Assembly: GCF_001194135.2 (NCBI RefSeq)
Contig: NC_068986.1
Location: 81,674,834-81,738,833, forward strand
DNA from: Octopus bimaculoides
Taxonomy: Eukaryota
DNA: 64,000 nt
Direction: 5' to 3'
In this document: positions 26,378 through 39,085 of the stretch, piece by piece
Numbering within the stretch: position 1 is the first letter of the stretch
How the letters are laid out: each line of letters starts with the position of its first letter
Notes under the pieces: model-generated
Databases searched by the model: none
The model's input: the letters and a program-made list of their open reading frames with translations, nothing else
What the model was told of the DNA's origin: nothing
Position numbers and translations under genes: made by a program

Positions 26378-26770
26378 GCAGGTGGCACGTAAAAAGCACC
26401 TTTCGAGCGTGATTGTTGCCAGTGTTGCCTTACCGGCACATGTACCGGTGGCATGTGAAAAACAACATTCAAGCGTGATCGTTGCCAGGACCATGGATTG
26501 GTTCCCATGCCAGTGGCACATAAAAAGCATCATTTGAGCATGGTCATTGCCAGTGAAAAACAACATTTGACTGGCCTTTGTGCTGGTGGCACGTAAAAGC
26601 ACCCACTACACTCTTCGAGTGGCTGATGTTAGGAAGGGCATCCATCTGTAGAAACTTTGCCAGATCAGATTGAGCCTGGTGCAGCCTTCTGGCTCACTAG
26701 TCCTCAGTCAAACCGTCCAACCCATGCCAGCATGGAAAGCAGACGTTAAATGACGATAATGATGATGATG
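26378..26770 (+). mobile_element. Short RTE-tail element (family D) with internal ~65-bp tandem repeats
   Basis: Repeated ggtggcacgtaaaaagca units, then ttaggaagggcatcca.ctgtagaaact...catggaaagcagacgttaaa and (GAT)n. The tail is the same as the RTE LINE at 40681-42430. Confidence 0.85.
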
Positions 26771-28429
26771 TAATCCTTCTTTTAAGTTAAGCTTCAAACT
26801 CAGACTGATGTCGTCGTCATTATTTTCTTTAACTAATCTAATTTACTGTGTTGTTGAAGTTGAAATTATATTTTGAATCTCGTTACTTGTTGTTTAGCTA
26901 TTTACAGATGTGTGGTTCATACAATTAGATTGTTATTGGGTATATGCGTGAGAGAGTAACCTTCCTTTATATCTCTATCTATGTCTAACTTTTTCTTGAA
27001 GAAACCTTAGTTGTTTAACCTAAAAGAGACAATCCACTTTCAATGAAGGCTATTATTTCTAGATTTAATTTAATTTGAAAGTAATTTCAGAGTTGTTTTT
27101 TAAATTAATGTTTTTCTCTTTCCACCAGAAACAGAAACTAAAAATTAAAAAAAAAGTATATATAAAAAAAATCAAAAAAATCTGCTGGAACCAATTTAAT
27201 TTCATTGGAATTGCATTTAACCTAATGAAATGAATAATTGTCTTCTTTGGGTTGATTTGATCCCGTGGTAATGGTGTTTGGTTTCAATCTCAGTGTTATC
27301 TTTGCAGAATTTCATTTTCTCAACTCTTTGTTGTTTCCTTACAGATTACATAAACCTAGCAGTATCATATTGTCTCCTGAAAGAATTGCTTTGTTATTGG
27401 AGAGGTGTGGGAGTCATTCATTTCCCTGCAGCAGTGTTTCTTGTTTAGCTCTGATAATAGAATAAAGGTTTAGGGTTAATCTGCTTGATCTCACTTTCAC
27501 AACAGAATTACTTTGCTACACTATTTCCGAACATTAAAAAAGAAAGGAAATTTTCCACAGCAACCTACTTCTTGTGGGCAGATGTCATGTTTTAATGCTG
27601 TACCATTCTGTAAAGCTCTATATTGATCAGATATAACTGTTTGTAGGGTGTTTATTTGAAGTTTTTTAAAAATGAAGTGATACTTCCTTGTTGAATAGAA
27701 ATGTATACATCAGTTAAATCTCCTCTGCCTGTCTTTATTAATAAACCCATTCTCTTGATGTAGTTAATATGATGCTGTAAATATTGAAACTAAACCTGTT
27801 TGATTTCTTTTTTTTTTTGTTTATTTTTGTTTATTTTATTGCAGAGTAAATCTTCTCCATGTGATATATTATTGTTGAGTGGGGAGAGCAAGCTATTTGT
27901 TCCAGACAGCATGTGTTGGCTGCTGTAGGAATAATATAGGACTGTTGTTATTTCTGTTTGTGCGTTTGAGGGACATTATTGGTTGAGAAATAAAAGGAAT
28001 TCTATGGAAGAAAAACACTTTCAACTTTTACTAGGAACTGACTTTTGATACTGCTTTTGCTTTTTGTTTCTTACTTCATCTTGATACAGAACCATTATTT
28101 GTTCACATTCTGCTTGCTGCCACCTCCTCAACTACTTGATGCTTGTCAAATGTTTGTTTTCCCTCAATTGAAATTTAAATCATGAAGATTAATGTGAGTT
28201 TAAAAGCCAGTAACATGTCTAAAGTTTCTGTCAAACATATAAAATTGATGATGTCAAAAATCATCATTGTCACCATCATTATTAAAACCAATTTTTCTAT
28301 AGGTTGGATAGGTCTGCCAGATATCATCTTTCTTGATTTTTGTATTATCTATGAAACCAAACATCCCAATATTTTATCTCACTACTTCTTCCTTTCACTT
28401 GTTGGGTATACCTTTCATTGTTGACCTAG

Positions 28430-28920
28430 TCAATCTTGTCCATACTCTGTCATCTCTCCCCTGGATATTAGTAAACATTTAACAGGTAGCAGCTCTCAGC
28501 TCACTTGCAAGTTAACATTATTCATCAAAAATACTCATTTCATTTCTCTCCAGCTTCTACAGACTTTCCATGTGAAGGACCCATTGTCTCCTTACCGCAT
28601 GGCATTTTCTTTACTAAAGCTTCTCTTTCTTAGATTCCTGATATTGCATTCTATTTCCTGGACATTCCTGTACTTATTCTTTAAAAGCTGATTATTAATG
28701 GCAAGACCATCTTAAAGTACTCTGGCAGTTCAACAAGTGGCTCTTTATACTATTTAAAGATCATTCACAAAGACATTTTCATAGAAACTTGTACAAATTG
28801 AAATAGTCAAACTTTCTTCAAAGAGAATCAGCCATGAGAACATAACCTTCTTTGTAGTGATAAGGACTGATACCATTGAAGAAATAGCACTCAAATTAGT
28901 TGCTATCAAGGAATTTTCCA
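28430..28920 (+). mobile_element. Possible degraded Penelope-like element RT fragment
   Basis: Frameshifted motifs FIKNTHFI, LPHGIFFT.ASL..IP and NFLQ...SAM.T resemble the PLE RT motifs YIKDTxHF, LPxxxILVTxDVxSLYTNIP and YxQxxGxAMGT. Confidence 0.4.
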
Positions 28921-29559
28921 TGAATTCAATAATTAAAAGTGCTTTTATTAGGAAAGCTATTACAGATAAAAGTTTGATTTCTCAAAGAATGGTTTATTTC
29001 AACAGATGTTCAATGCCAATATGATTTAAAAGAAAAAAAAAATGATTTGTGTAATAGCTAAAAAGAAGAGCAACTCCATGGTAATCAGTGTTTCTCTCAA
29101 TGAATAACTTCTTTGCATAATTGCAGATATTTGAATGTAAATTGTACATTCATCTGATAAATTCTGTAATTTAGGAATGTTCAGAATTATGGAAAATTAC
29201 CTGCTGAAAAACATTATTGAACTTTTAAAGACAAAACTTTCTGAATTCAGCCTTGCTTTGGTTAAAATATAGTTGCAGTCATAAATCGATGGAGCAAGTG
29301 TCATGGTTAAATTTGATAAGACACTACAAGTTTGAATTGTGTTACTTAAATAGATAGGTGTAGATTTATAAAGTTTTAGGACAAACATTAATGGCCTCAA
29401 CTTTTTCACTGATTGCTCTAAGAAGACCTGTGGTCACTGATCCTTTCTCTAGACTCAGCAAACACACACACAAACATACAGAATTATCTATTTTATAGTG
29501 AAGCAATGCAAAATGTGTCACATTATACAAATGTAGTTTTGTTATTATATCATGCTATT

Positions 29560-29762
29560 ATATCATGTGACCAGGCAGATTCAATACTGCACCAAACAAA
29601 ATACTTAGCAACATTTATTCTGCCTTTATGTTCTGAGTTCAAATTTTGCTTACATTGACTTTGCCTTTCATCCTTTCTTGGTTGATAAAGTAATGGGGTT
29701 GATGTAATCAATTAGCCCTGCTCAAACAAAATTTCAGGCCTTGTGCCTATAGTAGAAAGGAT
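29560..29762 (+). mobile_element. SINE family A copy
   Basis: gttctgagttcaaatttt...ttgactttgcctttcatcc...caggccttgtgcctatagtagaaagg. Confidence 0.85.
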
Positions 29763-30997
29763 TATTATAGCATGAAGGGAACCATAGCTATCTGTTACTT
29801 CTATCAGTCCACAGAGTTTTTATAGTTTTAAATATCTTACCAGAAAATTAATAATTGTAAAGTAACCTGAACAACATTGATTATACAGTATTTCCTCATA
29901 ACATTGTTATATCATAATACTTGAGAATATAATTGCTTGAATTGGTAAAAACCCTTTGATAGGCCCAGATGCTTATTTTCTGTCACTGACAACTGCATAG
30001 TGTCCATGGTAGAACACTTAAGTCTGAAATGGTCCAGCTCAATTTGGTGTAAATACCACATGCTAGAAATTTCTCATGGCTGTTGGTAGATAGTGGCACC
30101 TCTGTGTCCTGATGGATGGTTTGTTAAATTGTAGTGCTGAGTTCAACTTTTTGAATGGTCGCATGAGGTAGAATATACAGTTGATTCTCACTTCATTGAT
30201 GGTTATCTCTGACCTTAGAAAGTTTAGTCAGACTAACTTATGAAAATTTTAAATATTTAGATTTTGATATTTCTGAGACTGATAAATCCAGGTGTGTGCA
30301 TGCAGGTGTGGAGTGTTTTATGTTTCCTTATTGGAAAATGTATTGAAATAAAATAAAAGAGCTTATTAGTTGTGAATGTTTAACCTCAGGGCAGTCCTCA
30401 TTAAATAGATCTATGATCAAAACTGTATTAGTTGTGACAATCTTGTCTTTTATTTAAACTTTATATCTGAATTGCATTATCTAAAGTGTCTTCCACCTTT
30501 TAAGATGGAAGTACACAATTTTAGAAAAATGTAGCTCCTTCATCATTAACTGCTAAAACTTGTCAGTTCTTATAATGGCTATTGTTATGTCAATAACAGA
30601 GAGTAAATCAGAAAGTGATCATTATTAACATAGTGGTGATGGCCACTTGGCATTTCAGTGTAAAAGTATTTTAATCATGAAATGTAAGTTGTGTTTGTAT
30701 TCCTGTGTTGTTCATTGGACTCTATTGTGATGAAAAACTTGCTACCAAATTGTTGTTTATTTTTTAAGGTTAAAGTAAATCTAGTAGGATGAATTGAAGT
30801 TGATATTTATTCTGTTTGACCTTAAAGGCAGGGTTAAAACTATTTAAATACAACAGCAATGATACAAAAATTGTGTGGATTTAATTTTCATTTTATTTTG
30901 CTAGTCATCATTATAAGTAGTCTCTGACAGAGAATTGATTGCAAACAGATTAAAAAAAGTATCTCTGCATAAAAGGTTCAGATTTTTATGTCATTGT

Positions 30998-31030
<33 letters not shown>

Positions 31031-31067
31031 GTAGAATGAAGGATTGGATCGATGGATCTGTCTCTCT

Positions 31068-31225
31068 NNNNNNNNNNNNNNNNNNNNNNNNNNNNNNNNN
31101 NNNNNNNNNNNNNNNNNNNNNNNNNNNNNNNNNNNNNNNNNNNNNNNNNNNNNNNNNNNNNNNNNNNNNNNNNNNNNNNNNNNNNNNNNNNNNNNNNNNN
31201 NNNNNNNNNNNNNNNNNNNNNNNNN
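31068..31225. other. Assembly gap within a (CT)n repeat
   Basis: Run of N. Confidence 1.
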
Positions 31226-31259
<34 letters not shown>

Positions 31260-33095
31260 TTGTACTGGTTTGGCAAGTGACTTGAGCTGAAGCTGCGTGT
31301 TGATGCTGAATCAATTAATCATTTTTAGCCATTTAAAAATGTACGAAAATGGTTTTATTCGATTTTCATTTATCTCTTAACAGTACAATCTGTTGTGAAG
31401 TATCAAAAAAGTCTGTTGTACTTTTGTGATCTGGTCACTGACGTAGCTCAGTTGATTTACAGGGGTTCTGTGACTGGCAGCAGGAATGCCATAAAACATT
31501 TTGACAATTCATAACAGACTGCATTGTTAGGAAATAAATGACAAGTAAGAATAAATTTTTGTGTATTGTGTAAGGATAAATATTTTGTGACAAGTAAGAA
31601 TAATTTTTTGTGTCCCACAATGTAATTTATGTGTATTTATATCTGTCTGTCTATCTCTCTATCAATAAATAAACATATATGCATGCGTGCGTGTGTGTGT
31701 GTGTAAGCATAGCCATCACTTGTATGTAAGTATAACTTGGTAGCATGTACCATGCTTTTGCTGTGTATGTATATTTGTGTGTGTATGTGGAACCTTGAGC
31801 AAGGGTCTTTGATTATAGCTCCAGGATAACCAAACTTTTGTGAGAGGATTTATTAGGCAAAAATGGGAAAAAAGCTACATGTATGCATGTGTGAGTGTGT
31901 GTACACACACACACATATAAGTATGTATATATGTATGTGTGTTTATTTGTATATTTGGTTACATCTACCACTTGCTTCTTTGGAAGTCATGATATTCATG
32001 CGGTGTTTCCTCATTTGCACTTCTAATAAAAAAAAAAAGAAGCCTGCTTGCTTCATGCCTTCAAAATTATGTGGAATAAAAGGTCACTTACTTGCAAAAG
32101 ATTCAAGTGTTAGCTTCAGAAAGAGCATCCAGCTGTAAAATAAGCACAACCCATACTAACATGGAAAATGAATGATGTGTGTTTCCCTCTCTCTCTTTCT
32201 CTTTCTCCCTCTGTATATGATGATGGCTGTCCACTCATGACTGAGGAAGACCATCACTGACCATTACCCATGCAAAATGTCAGCAATGCCTGTGCATGAA
32301 GTTATTGTACCAGCAGTTGGCTTCATCTGAGTTTGCATTCACAACTACTTTGCTCACCACAGCACCCTACTTCTCAACCAGGGACTGGATAGTTGTCTTG
32401 CTGGTGATTGCAAAGCCTAAAATGTTTAGGTGCAATAAGGCTTGCACAGAATCTCATAAATCCTCTCCACTCTACTAACACGATCCAAAGACAAGCCTTA
32501 TCCTGTGCCACTATGGATCACAAGCTCAAGTATGTGGAGTCGTCATGATTCCCAAGTACAAACAAAAGATTCTCAAAAGATCCCCAAAATGTTGAATGCC
32601 ATTCCCTGCATATCTGGTAACTTTTTCCTAGAGACACACTTTAACAAAAACTAAGAGATGCCTCACTCCCAGTGGGCTTCCAGCATGCCAGACACCAATC
32701 CAGAATTTTTAAGAGCCTGTGCTATGTATGTATGTATGTTCGTATGCACGCACATACTCACACACACACACACACACACGATTCCACCTGGTTCAGGACC
32801 TCTGTGTACTCTTCGATTTACAGTGGTTTATTGCATAGGATACAGTATAGAAGGTGAGGTATGCTGTTTTTCCTTCAGTGTCCAGTATATTCCTGTATGT
32901 GTAGAAGTTCTGGTGATAGTTGCAGTGAAGGTATTCTTCATTTACCGTTGGTAAGTTGTTGTCATTGTCATAGGCTTACTTTCCATTTGGATGAATTTTC
33001 ATAGCCCAAGACAATTCTCATCTAGAATTAAGACCTTCCTGGCCTGGATGACCATGTCTCACTTGCTTGTTCTATTTGTTGGAGTTAGTTGATGC

Positions 33096-33096
<1 letters not shown>

Positions 33097-33161
<65 letters not shown>
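33097..33161. repeat. (GT)n microsatellite
   Basis: Seen directly. Confidence 0.95.
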
Positions 33162-33165
<4 letters not shown>

Positions 33166-35039
33166 GTCTACTTTTATTTTTGTGCAGACTGGTCAAGGTA
33201 GTAAATTTAAAATGATGTTGTAATGACTTTGAAAGCTTCTGGTTGGAGCTTACTGAAGTGACGTACCTTCTAATTACGTTTTGTCTTTTGTTCTGAGTAT
33301 TTTTGTGTAGGTGGTTTATAGGTGTGGTTTAGTAGAGATGGGACCCCCATCTCTGTCAGTGTTGCAATATAGTGAGAATGATGAGGTGGAGCTGCTGTGG
33401 GATAAGAATGATTATGAAGAAAGTTTTTTTTTTTTTTTTTTTTGTGAGATATCAAAATCCTGTTAATTCAGCCCTAGTGAAGTGGATTTGAATTCTTGGA
33501 TCACATTCCATCAGTTGTCTGTAGTCTTCCATCAAGAAACTGTATCAAATTACAGTGTGTAGGATTTCAACCTCAAGGTGGAAAATTGTCAGTAAATAGT
33601 TAATGAAACTCAGTTTTGATTTTTCACTCTGAAAGGTTAATATTGCTGGAAAAATATAAATGTTATTACTTCACAATACCTGTAATGCATTTTCTTGGTG
33701 TTGCAAAAATAAGTAATGAGTACATCTGTTTATGTGGTAGCATTCATGTTAGAGATACTCACAAGGAAATTTGCCATTTCTAAGGACTTGGAGTAAACTC
33801 TTTGTTTCAGAGTTTAGTGTTCCCATAAATAAATGCTAAGTTTTTCTCTTATCACAGACATTGCATTGTATTTATTCAAGGTATTTCCAGTTGGATTGTA
33901 TGCACTTTGTTAATATTGAGTACCATGTCTCTAACCTCAGTTATTAGCACTAAACATTTTAGGCAACAATGATACTGTCTTTATAATTTAATATGAAACG
34001 ATTTTGCTCATAGAATATTATAAATTCTGTATTCTTTCTGCTTTATTTGTGCTTTAACCAATTGTCATGGAGTTTAAACTGATAATTATCTTTAACGATG
34101 TCAACAATAACTGAGACAGCTAAAAGCTAGCATAAAGAATAACCACTTAATTCTTGTTTATTAGCTAGCTACCTTGAAAACATGTAACAGAACTAATATA
34201 AATGAAGGTTAGCTAAATATATTAGAGTACTGTTACCAATCAGTCAAATGGACAGTGCTTAATTAAGTTGTTTTTAATTAGCTATGTTATTAGATGAATA
34301 AAAATATTTCTGTGCAGTTTTGACTGGTTCAGGACTCTGTGCACTTTGATTTACAGTGGTTTGTTGTATGGGTTACAGTGTGGAAGGTGAGATATGTTGT
34401 GTTTCCTCCAGTGTCCAATATATTCCAGTATGTATAGAAGTTTTAAATCACTTAACTTAATTTTTTCTGTCATTTTACTTACATTTGACACTGTCCATTT
34501 TAACTAAAATCATTCTGTTTTCTATTGCTTCTGTTATCTAACAAATATTGAATATTGGAATTGTTCCTTTGGTATGTCAGTCTTGGTTTTAGCTTGTTTC
34601 TTGATTATTGTAAATTCTTCAATATTCTCACCTCTCCCCACCATACTTCATATTCATCCCCACAGGTTCTATCTCCTTACAATTATCAGACCAGATCCTT
34701 ATGGCGACATCTAAATCCATTCTGTAGCTACATTATCCATTGATTAAAACCTTGGAGTACTGCGGCTTTAAGTGCATGAATAATCTGATAATTGATGTTA
34801 AAATGCTACAAGTTTTGTGTATGAAGCTACTTGTATATAAGTACTTACACACACACACACACACACATATATTTCATTGTTTTGAGTTATAAGAAGAGGA
34901 CATTCCTTTAACTCGAGGAGATAAAGAAGAACAACAGGTTATATTTTGCTTTCCTACTATTTTACACTTTCCCTTTCATTGTTCAACATACATCAAATCT
35001 CCATGGTTATATCTCCTGGGCGCCATTTCAACATTCTTC

Positions 35040-35415
35040 ATCATTTCATGTCTACTTTTCCATGTTTGCATGAATCAGAAAGAATTTTGTTGAGGGAGAT
35101 TTTTTTAGGCCAGATTCTTTTCCTGTTGCCAACCCTCACCTGTTTCAAGGTAGGATGATATTTCCACATGGCCAGAAGGGCTGTTTTTCATTAAAGATCG
35201 TAAATGAGCATCACCGCTTGTATGATGGTGATACTCATTTGCATCACCACATGATGTCAAGGAAAGGATACACATGCACACGCACATATACAATGGGTTT
35301 CTTTCAGTTTCCAATCTACCAAATCCATGCACAAGGCTTTTGTAAGAAGACATTTGCTCAGAGTGCTGAGCAGTGGGACTGAACCTGAGACTACATGGTT
35401 GAGAAGCAACCATCT
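35040..35415 (-). mobile_element. SINE with a family B (CORE-like) head and an alternative RTE-like tail
   Basis: Head gtgggactgaacctgag and ctttcagtttccaatctaccaaatcc; tail cttttcctgttgccaaccctcacctgtttc...cttttccatgtttgcatg. Related tails occur at ~3255-3350 (+), 48480-48720 (+) and 56070-56290 (-). Confidence 0.75.
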
Positions 35416-35818
35416 CAAATTTTGAATCAAATTTTAAATGTTAAATCATTGTAGTAGCCCAATGATTTAACATACCTCACTCTGACTTTCAACTCTTTTT
35501 ACCACATGATATTAACATACCTCATCTCTAACTATTTCTACCCAATAATACCCTGGTATCATGATGTTTCCCATTTTCAAACAACCACATGGTACTCTTT
35601 AATGCAGTTCACCTCCAGCTATTTCTATGACATGATCCTCAAGTATTGTTTTCTGTTTTAGTGTCTATTTTAATACTACATTGATATATGAAGCTGCTCA
35701 TTATAGGAGTTAACTACAGGAAACTAGATATTGCTCAGAAATTGAATTACTCTGAAATTGAACCTGTTTTATTAGGCATAAGGTGATTTGTTGAGCCAAC
35801 TTTGAGCTAGATGTTTAA

Positions 35819-36198
35819 CCCTTTAGCACTCAGACTACTAAATGTAATGCTTATTTATTTACATACTTTTATGATATTCTTTATTCTTCTGCAGGCTACT
35901 TCAAAGATAAGTGACAATAATCTCCTCTTCATGGCTGAAAAACAGGTAAAATATTTGGGCTAGATGTGGCTGGTTTAACCATTTAGTGTTTAATCTGGCC
36001 ATGTTCGGCCCAAATATTCTACCAGTTTTAATGTTGAAGCTGACAAGGTCCAAACTTTCACACACCCTACAATGCCATTCTAAAACTATACAAACACACC
36101 TTTGAAATCTTGAAGTTACAAGATAATGCATGATTAATTCAAAACAATGTGAATAAATTGAGCAATACATTTGACAAAGAAATCTGAATGCTAAAGGG
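35819..36198. mobile_element. Composite of two piggyBac-like MITE family 1 copies (35819-35974 truncated; 35979-36198 complete, opposite orientation)
   Basis: TTAA at 35815-35818, 35975-35978 and 36199-36202; termini ccctttagca / tgctaaaggg. Confidence 0.8.
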
Positions 36199-36603
36199 TT
36201 AAAACTGGACATTTTGACAATTTAGCTAACTTCTGTGGTTATGCAGCAAGGAAGTAACATTCTCTTGTTGTAAAAACTGATTCTTCCATGTGTTTATTTA
36301 TATGAATACATGTGAAGAGTTGACTAGTCAGTGTACGTTATCCACTGTAGTTAAACTGTGACTTGTTACAATCTAGAATTAAGAATATGGTCAACTTGAC
36401 AGGTTTCATTCACTGTTTATTTTTGTTGCAATGATTTGCTCCAGTGATATCCTTTGCATGTAGAAATTCAAGCAGTTTCAGCCTGTCTTAACACACCAAA
36501 TACTCAGTTGAGAGTGAAATGTTAATGGCATTTTTGCTTTTAATAACATTGTTGTAAGGTAAGGTTCATATATAACTCAGGGAAAAATAAACAACCTGCT
36601 AGG

Positions 36604-36664
<61 letters not shown>

Positions 36665-36689
36665 GTCTCTCTCTGTCTCTCTCTCTCTC
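36604..36689. repeat. (CT)n microsatellite
   Basis: Seen directly. Confidence 0.95.
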
Positions 36690-37081
36690 ATATGTATGTG
36701 TGAATTATTATTTTCAAATTGCTGTAATTAAAGCCATTAATTTCTTTGCCTCCTTAATAGAATGTTAAATAATTTTTTCAGTTTGGTAGTTTGTTGCTCT
36801 TTGATGAAAAAGAATGATTGATTACAACAAATGAATGAGGTAGCTGTTAATTACAAGATTATCACTGCAAATAATCATTAAAAGAACTATAGCATGACTA
36901 TGGAAAAAGGTAGACTGAATGGAAATATGATAAAAACCGAAGTTGTCTAAGAGGTTTTATTGATGACTGATTACATCAAATAATAATACTTTGGAAATTA
37001 TTAGTAACTTTTGTCTGTTTGTGAGATTCCTGAAATGTTTCAGAAGCTTGAAAGCATTTCTCTTGCATACATACATAATAC

Positions 37082-37112
<31 letters not shown>

Positions 37113-37745
37113 GACATCATCATCATCATTTAACATCTGCCTTCCATGCTGGCATGGGTGTGACGGTATACACACACACATGCATGCATGCTGAAGGTCC
37201 TAGCTTTTTTAGATTGTCATTTAGAGATTTACTTAACATGACCAAATACACCGATGCTTATTGATATAGATAAGAATTTATATTCTAGGTAAAGGAGCTG
37301 TAGATTTTGAAGTAGTTGTCCAGAAATATTCTCTTTTGTTTTTGATCAATTATGTATGTACACATATGTATGCATGTTTTTTTGTATGCATACATGGTGA
37401 GCAAAAAGAATATTTATGGACAACTGCTTCCAAACCAGCAACTCCATTACCTTGGTTTTAAATTTGCATTTATACCAACAGTCATTGATTATGTTAGTAA
37501 ATGTCCAAATGACAATCAGGAAAGGCTAGAATTTGGGGACAAAGAAAGAGACTGGTTGACATGCATTTTACATCTACAATTTGCAAGTGGAATGGTAAAG
37601 ATATGGAAATTTTTTTCTAAATTCAACATTTAACAACTATCATTGCTGTTATCCAAATTCCAGTGATGGAGCTTTGTTACTTTGTTAGAAACTAACTCAA
37701 CTCCTTTAAGGAAGAACACTAGTAAATATAAAAATAAAATCATAA

Positions 37746-37905
37746 GATACAAGTGTGGCTGTGTGGTAATGAGCTTGCTTCCCAACCACATGGTTCTGGG
37801 TTCAGCCCCACTGTGGTACCTTGCGCAAGTGTCTTCTGCTATAGCCTCAGGCTGACCAAAGTCTTGTGAGTGGATTTGATTGACAGAGACTGAAAGAAGC
37901 CTGTC

Positions 37906-37943
<38 letters not shown>

Positions 37944-38163
37944 TCATGTGTGTGTCTGTGTTTGTCCCATCGCCATTGCTTGACAACCAATGCTGGTGTG
38001 TTTATGTCCCCATAATTTGGCAGTTCAACATAAGAGACCAATAGAATAAGTACTAGGTTTACAAAGACTAAATCCTGGGGTCGATTTCTGTGACTAAAAC
38101 CAGTTAAGACGTTGTTTCAACATGGCCACATTCAAATGACTGAAACAAGTAAAAGCAAAAGAA
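37746..38163 (+). mobile_element. Full-length CORE-like SINE family B
   Basis: gtggctgtgtggtaa...ggttctgggttcagcccca...gtaccttgcgcaagtgtcttctgctatagcc; internal (GT)n; 3' part gaataagtactagg...ctggggtcgatt...gaaacaagtaaaag. Confidence 0.9.
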
Positions 38164-39040
38164 TACATATAATACAAAATCAGTTGCAATGAACTATTAA
38201 TGTTGTGTTTACTATATCTCAATGCAATTTTAATTGTTAGTGAGAAAGGAATGTTGATCTATCCATTAATTATTGTGTACGTTTGCGTCATAGATTGTAT
38301 TGACTGACATACAAATGTGGGAACATACATCAAAAGACTTAAAATAGTTATATTTCATGAATAATTACAAATTTCAGCTTATTTTAGGTGTGTGTGTGTG
38401 TAGCGGATGTGTGTGGTGTTTAACTGAATTAAAGTTTTAGACAAATTGAAAAGCTACTTATTTGTGGCTTCATGTTATGTATTTAGTTTCATATCACTTC
38501 AATATTTTTTCTGCAAGTGTATATCTGCTGATTCCAGCTTTCATTATTGAGTTAACCTTCAATATGGTAGGTATCTTCCATTTAGATTTTTCTCTATTTT
38601 CATCTAAATCCACTCAAAATACTACAGTTTTTTTTAGTTTTTATTTATAATCAATTTGTAACAGAAAAATGCACTATGATCACGAGATTAATGTGATGGG
38701 CTGCTGACTACAGTCATAAGTTCAAACTGCAACTGTCGTGTTGTGTTCCCCTCAGCAACACATTTAATACTGCTTGTCTTAGTTTATGCTATATGCCAGT
38801 TCTTCGCAACCTGTTTTCACTTGCAATACACTTATATTCTTTTCAAAATTCAGCTGCTCATTTGAACTAAAACTATAACTAAAGGTCTAGGGAGAAAAAA
38901 AAAATCATATTCAGGTTACACAGTGGCACACCTAGCATCGTCTTGTGGAAAAACCAGTGTGCCATGGCATACTAATTGTGAAGCACTATTGTATGGGGTT
39001 GCCACCACCACCACCACCACCACTACTACTACTACTGCTG

Positions 39041-39085
<45 letters not shown>

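Noticed and set aside
33311-33445. ~45-codon open stretch after ttttgtgtag, containing a 9-bp hairpin (33334-33354)
   Set aside because: No donor site and no homology recognised; short hairpins of this size are expected by chance.
34064-34078. 12-nt match to the miR-281 5' end (tgtcatggagtt); 10-nt miR-34-like word near 51977
   Set aside because: The matches stop short of a full mature sequence and have no hairpin; chance similarity.
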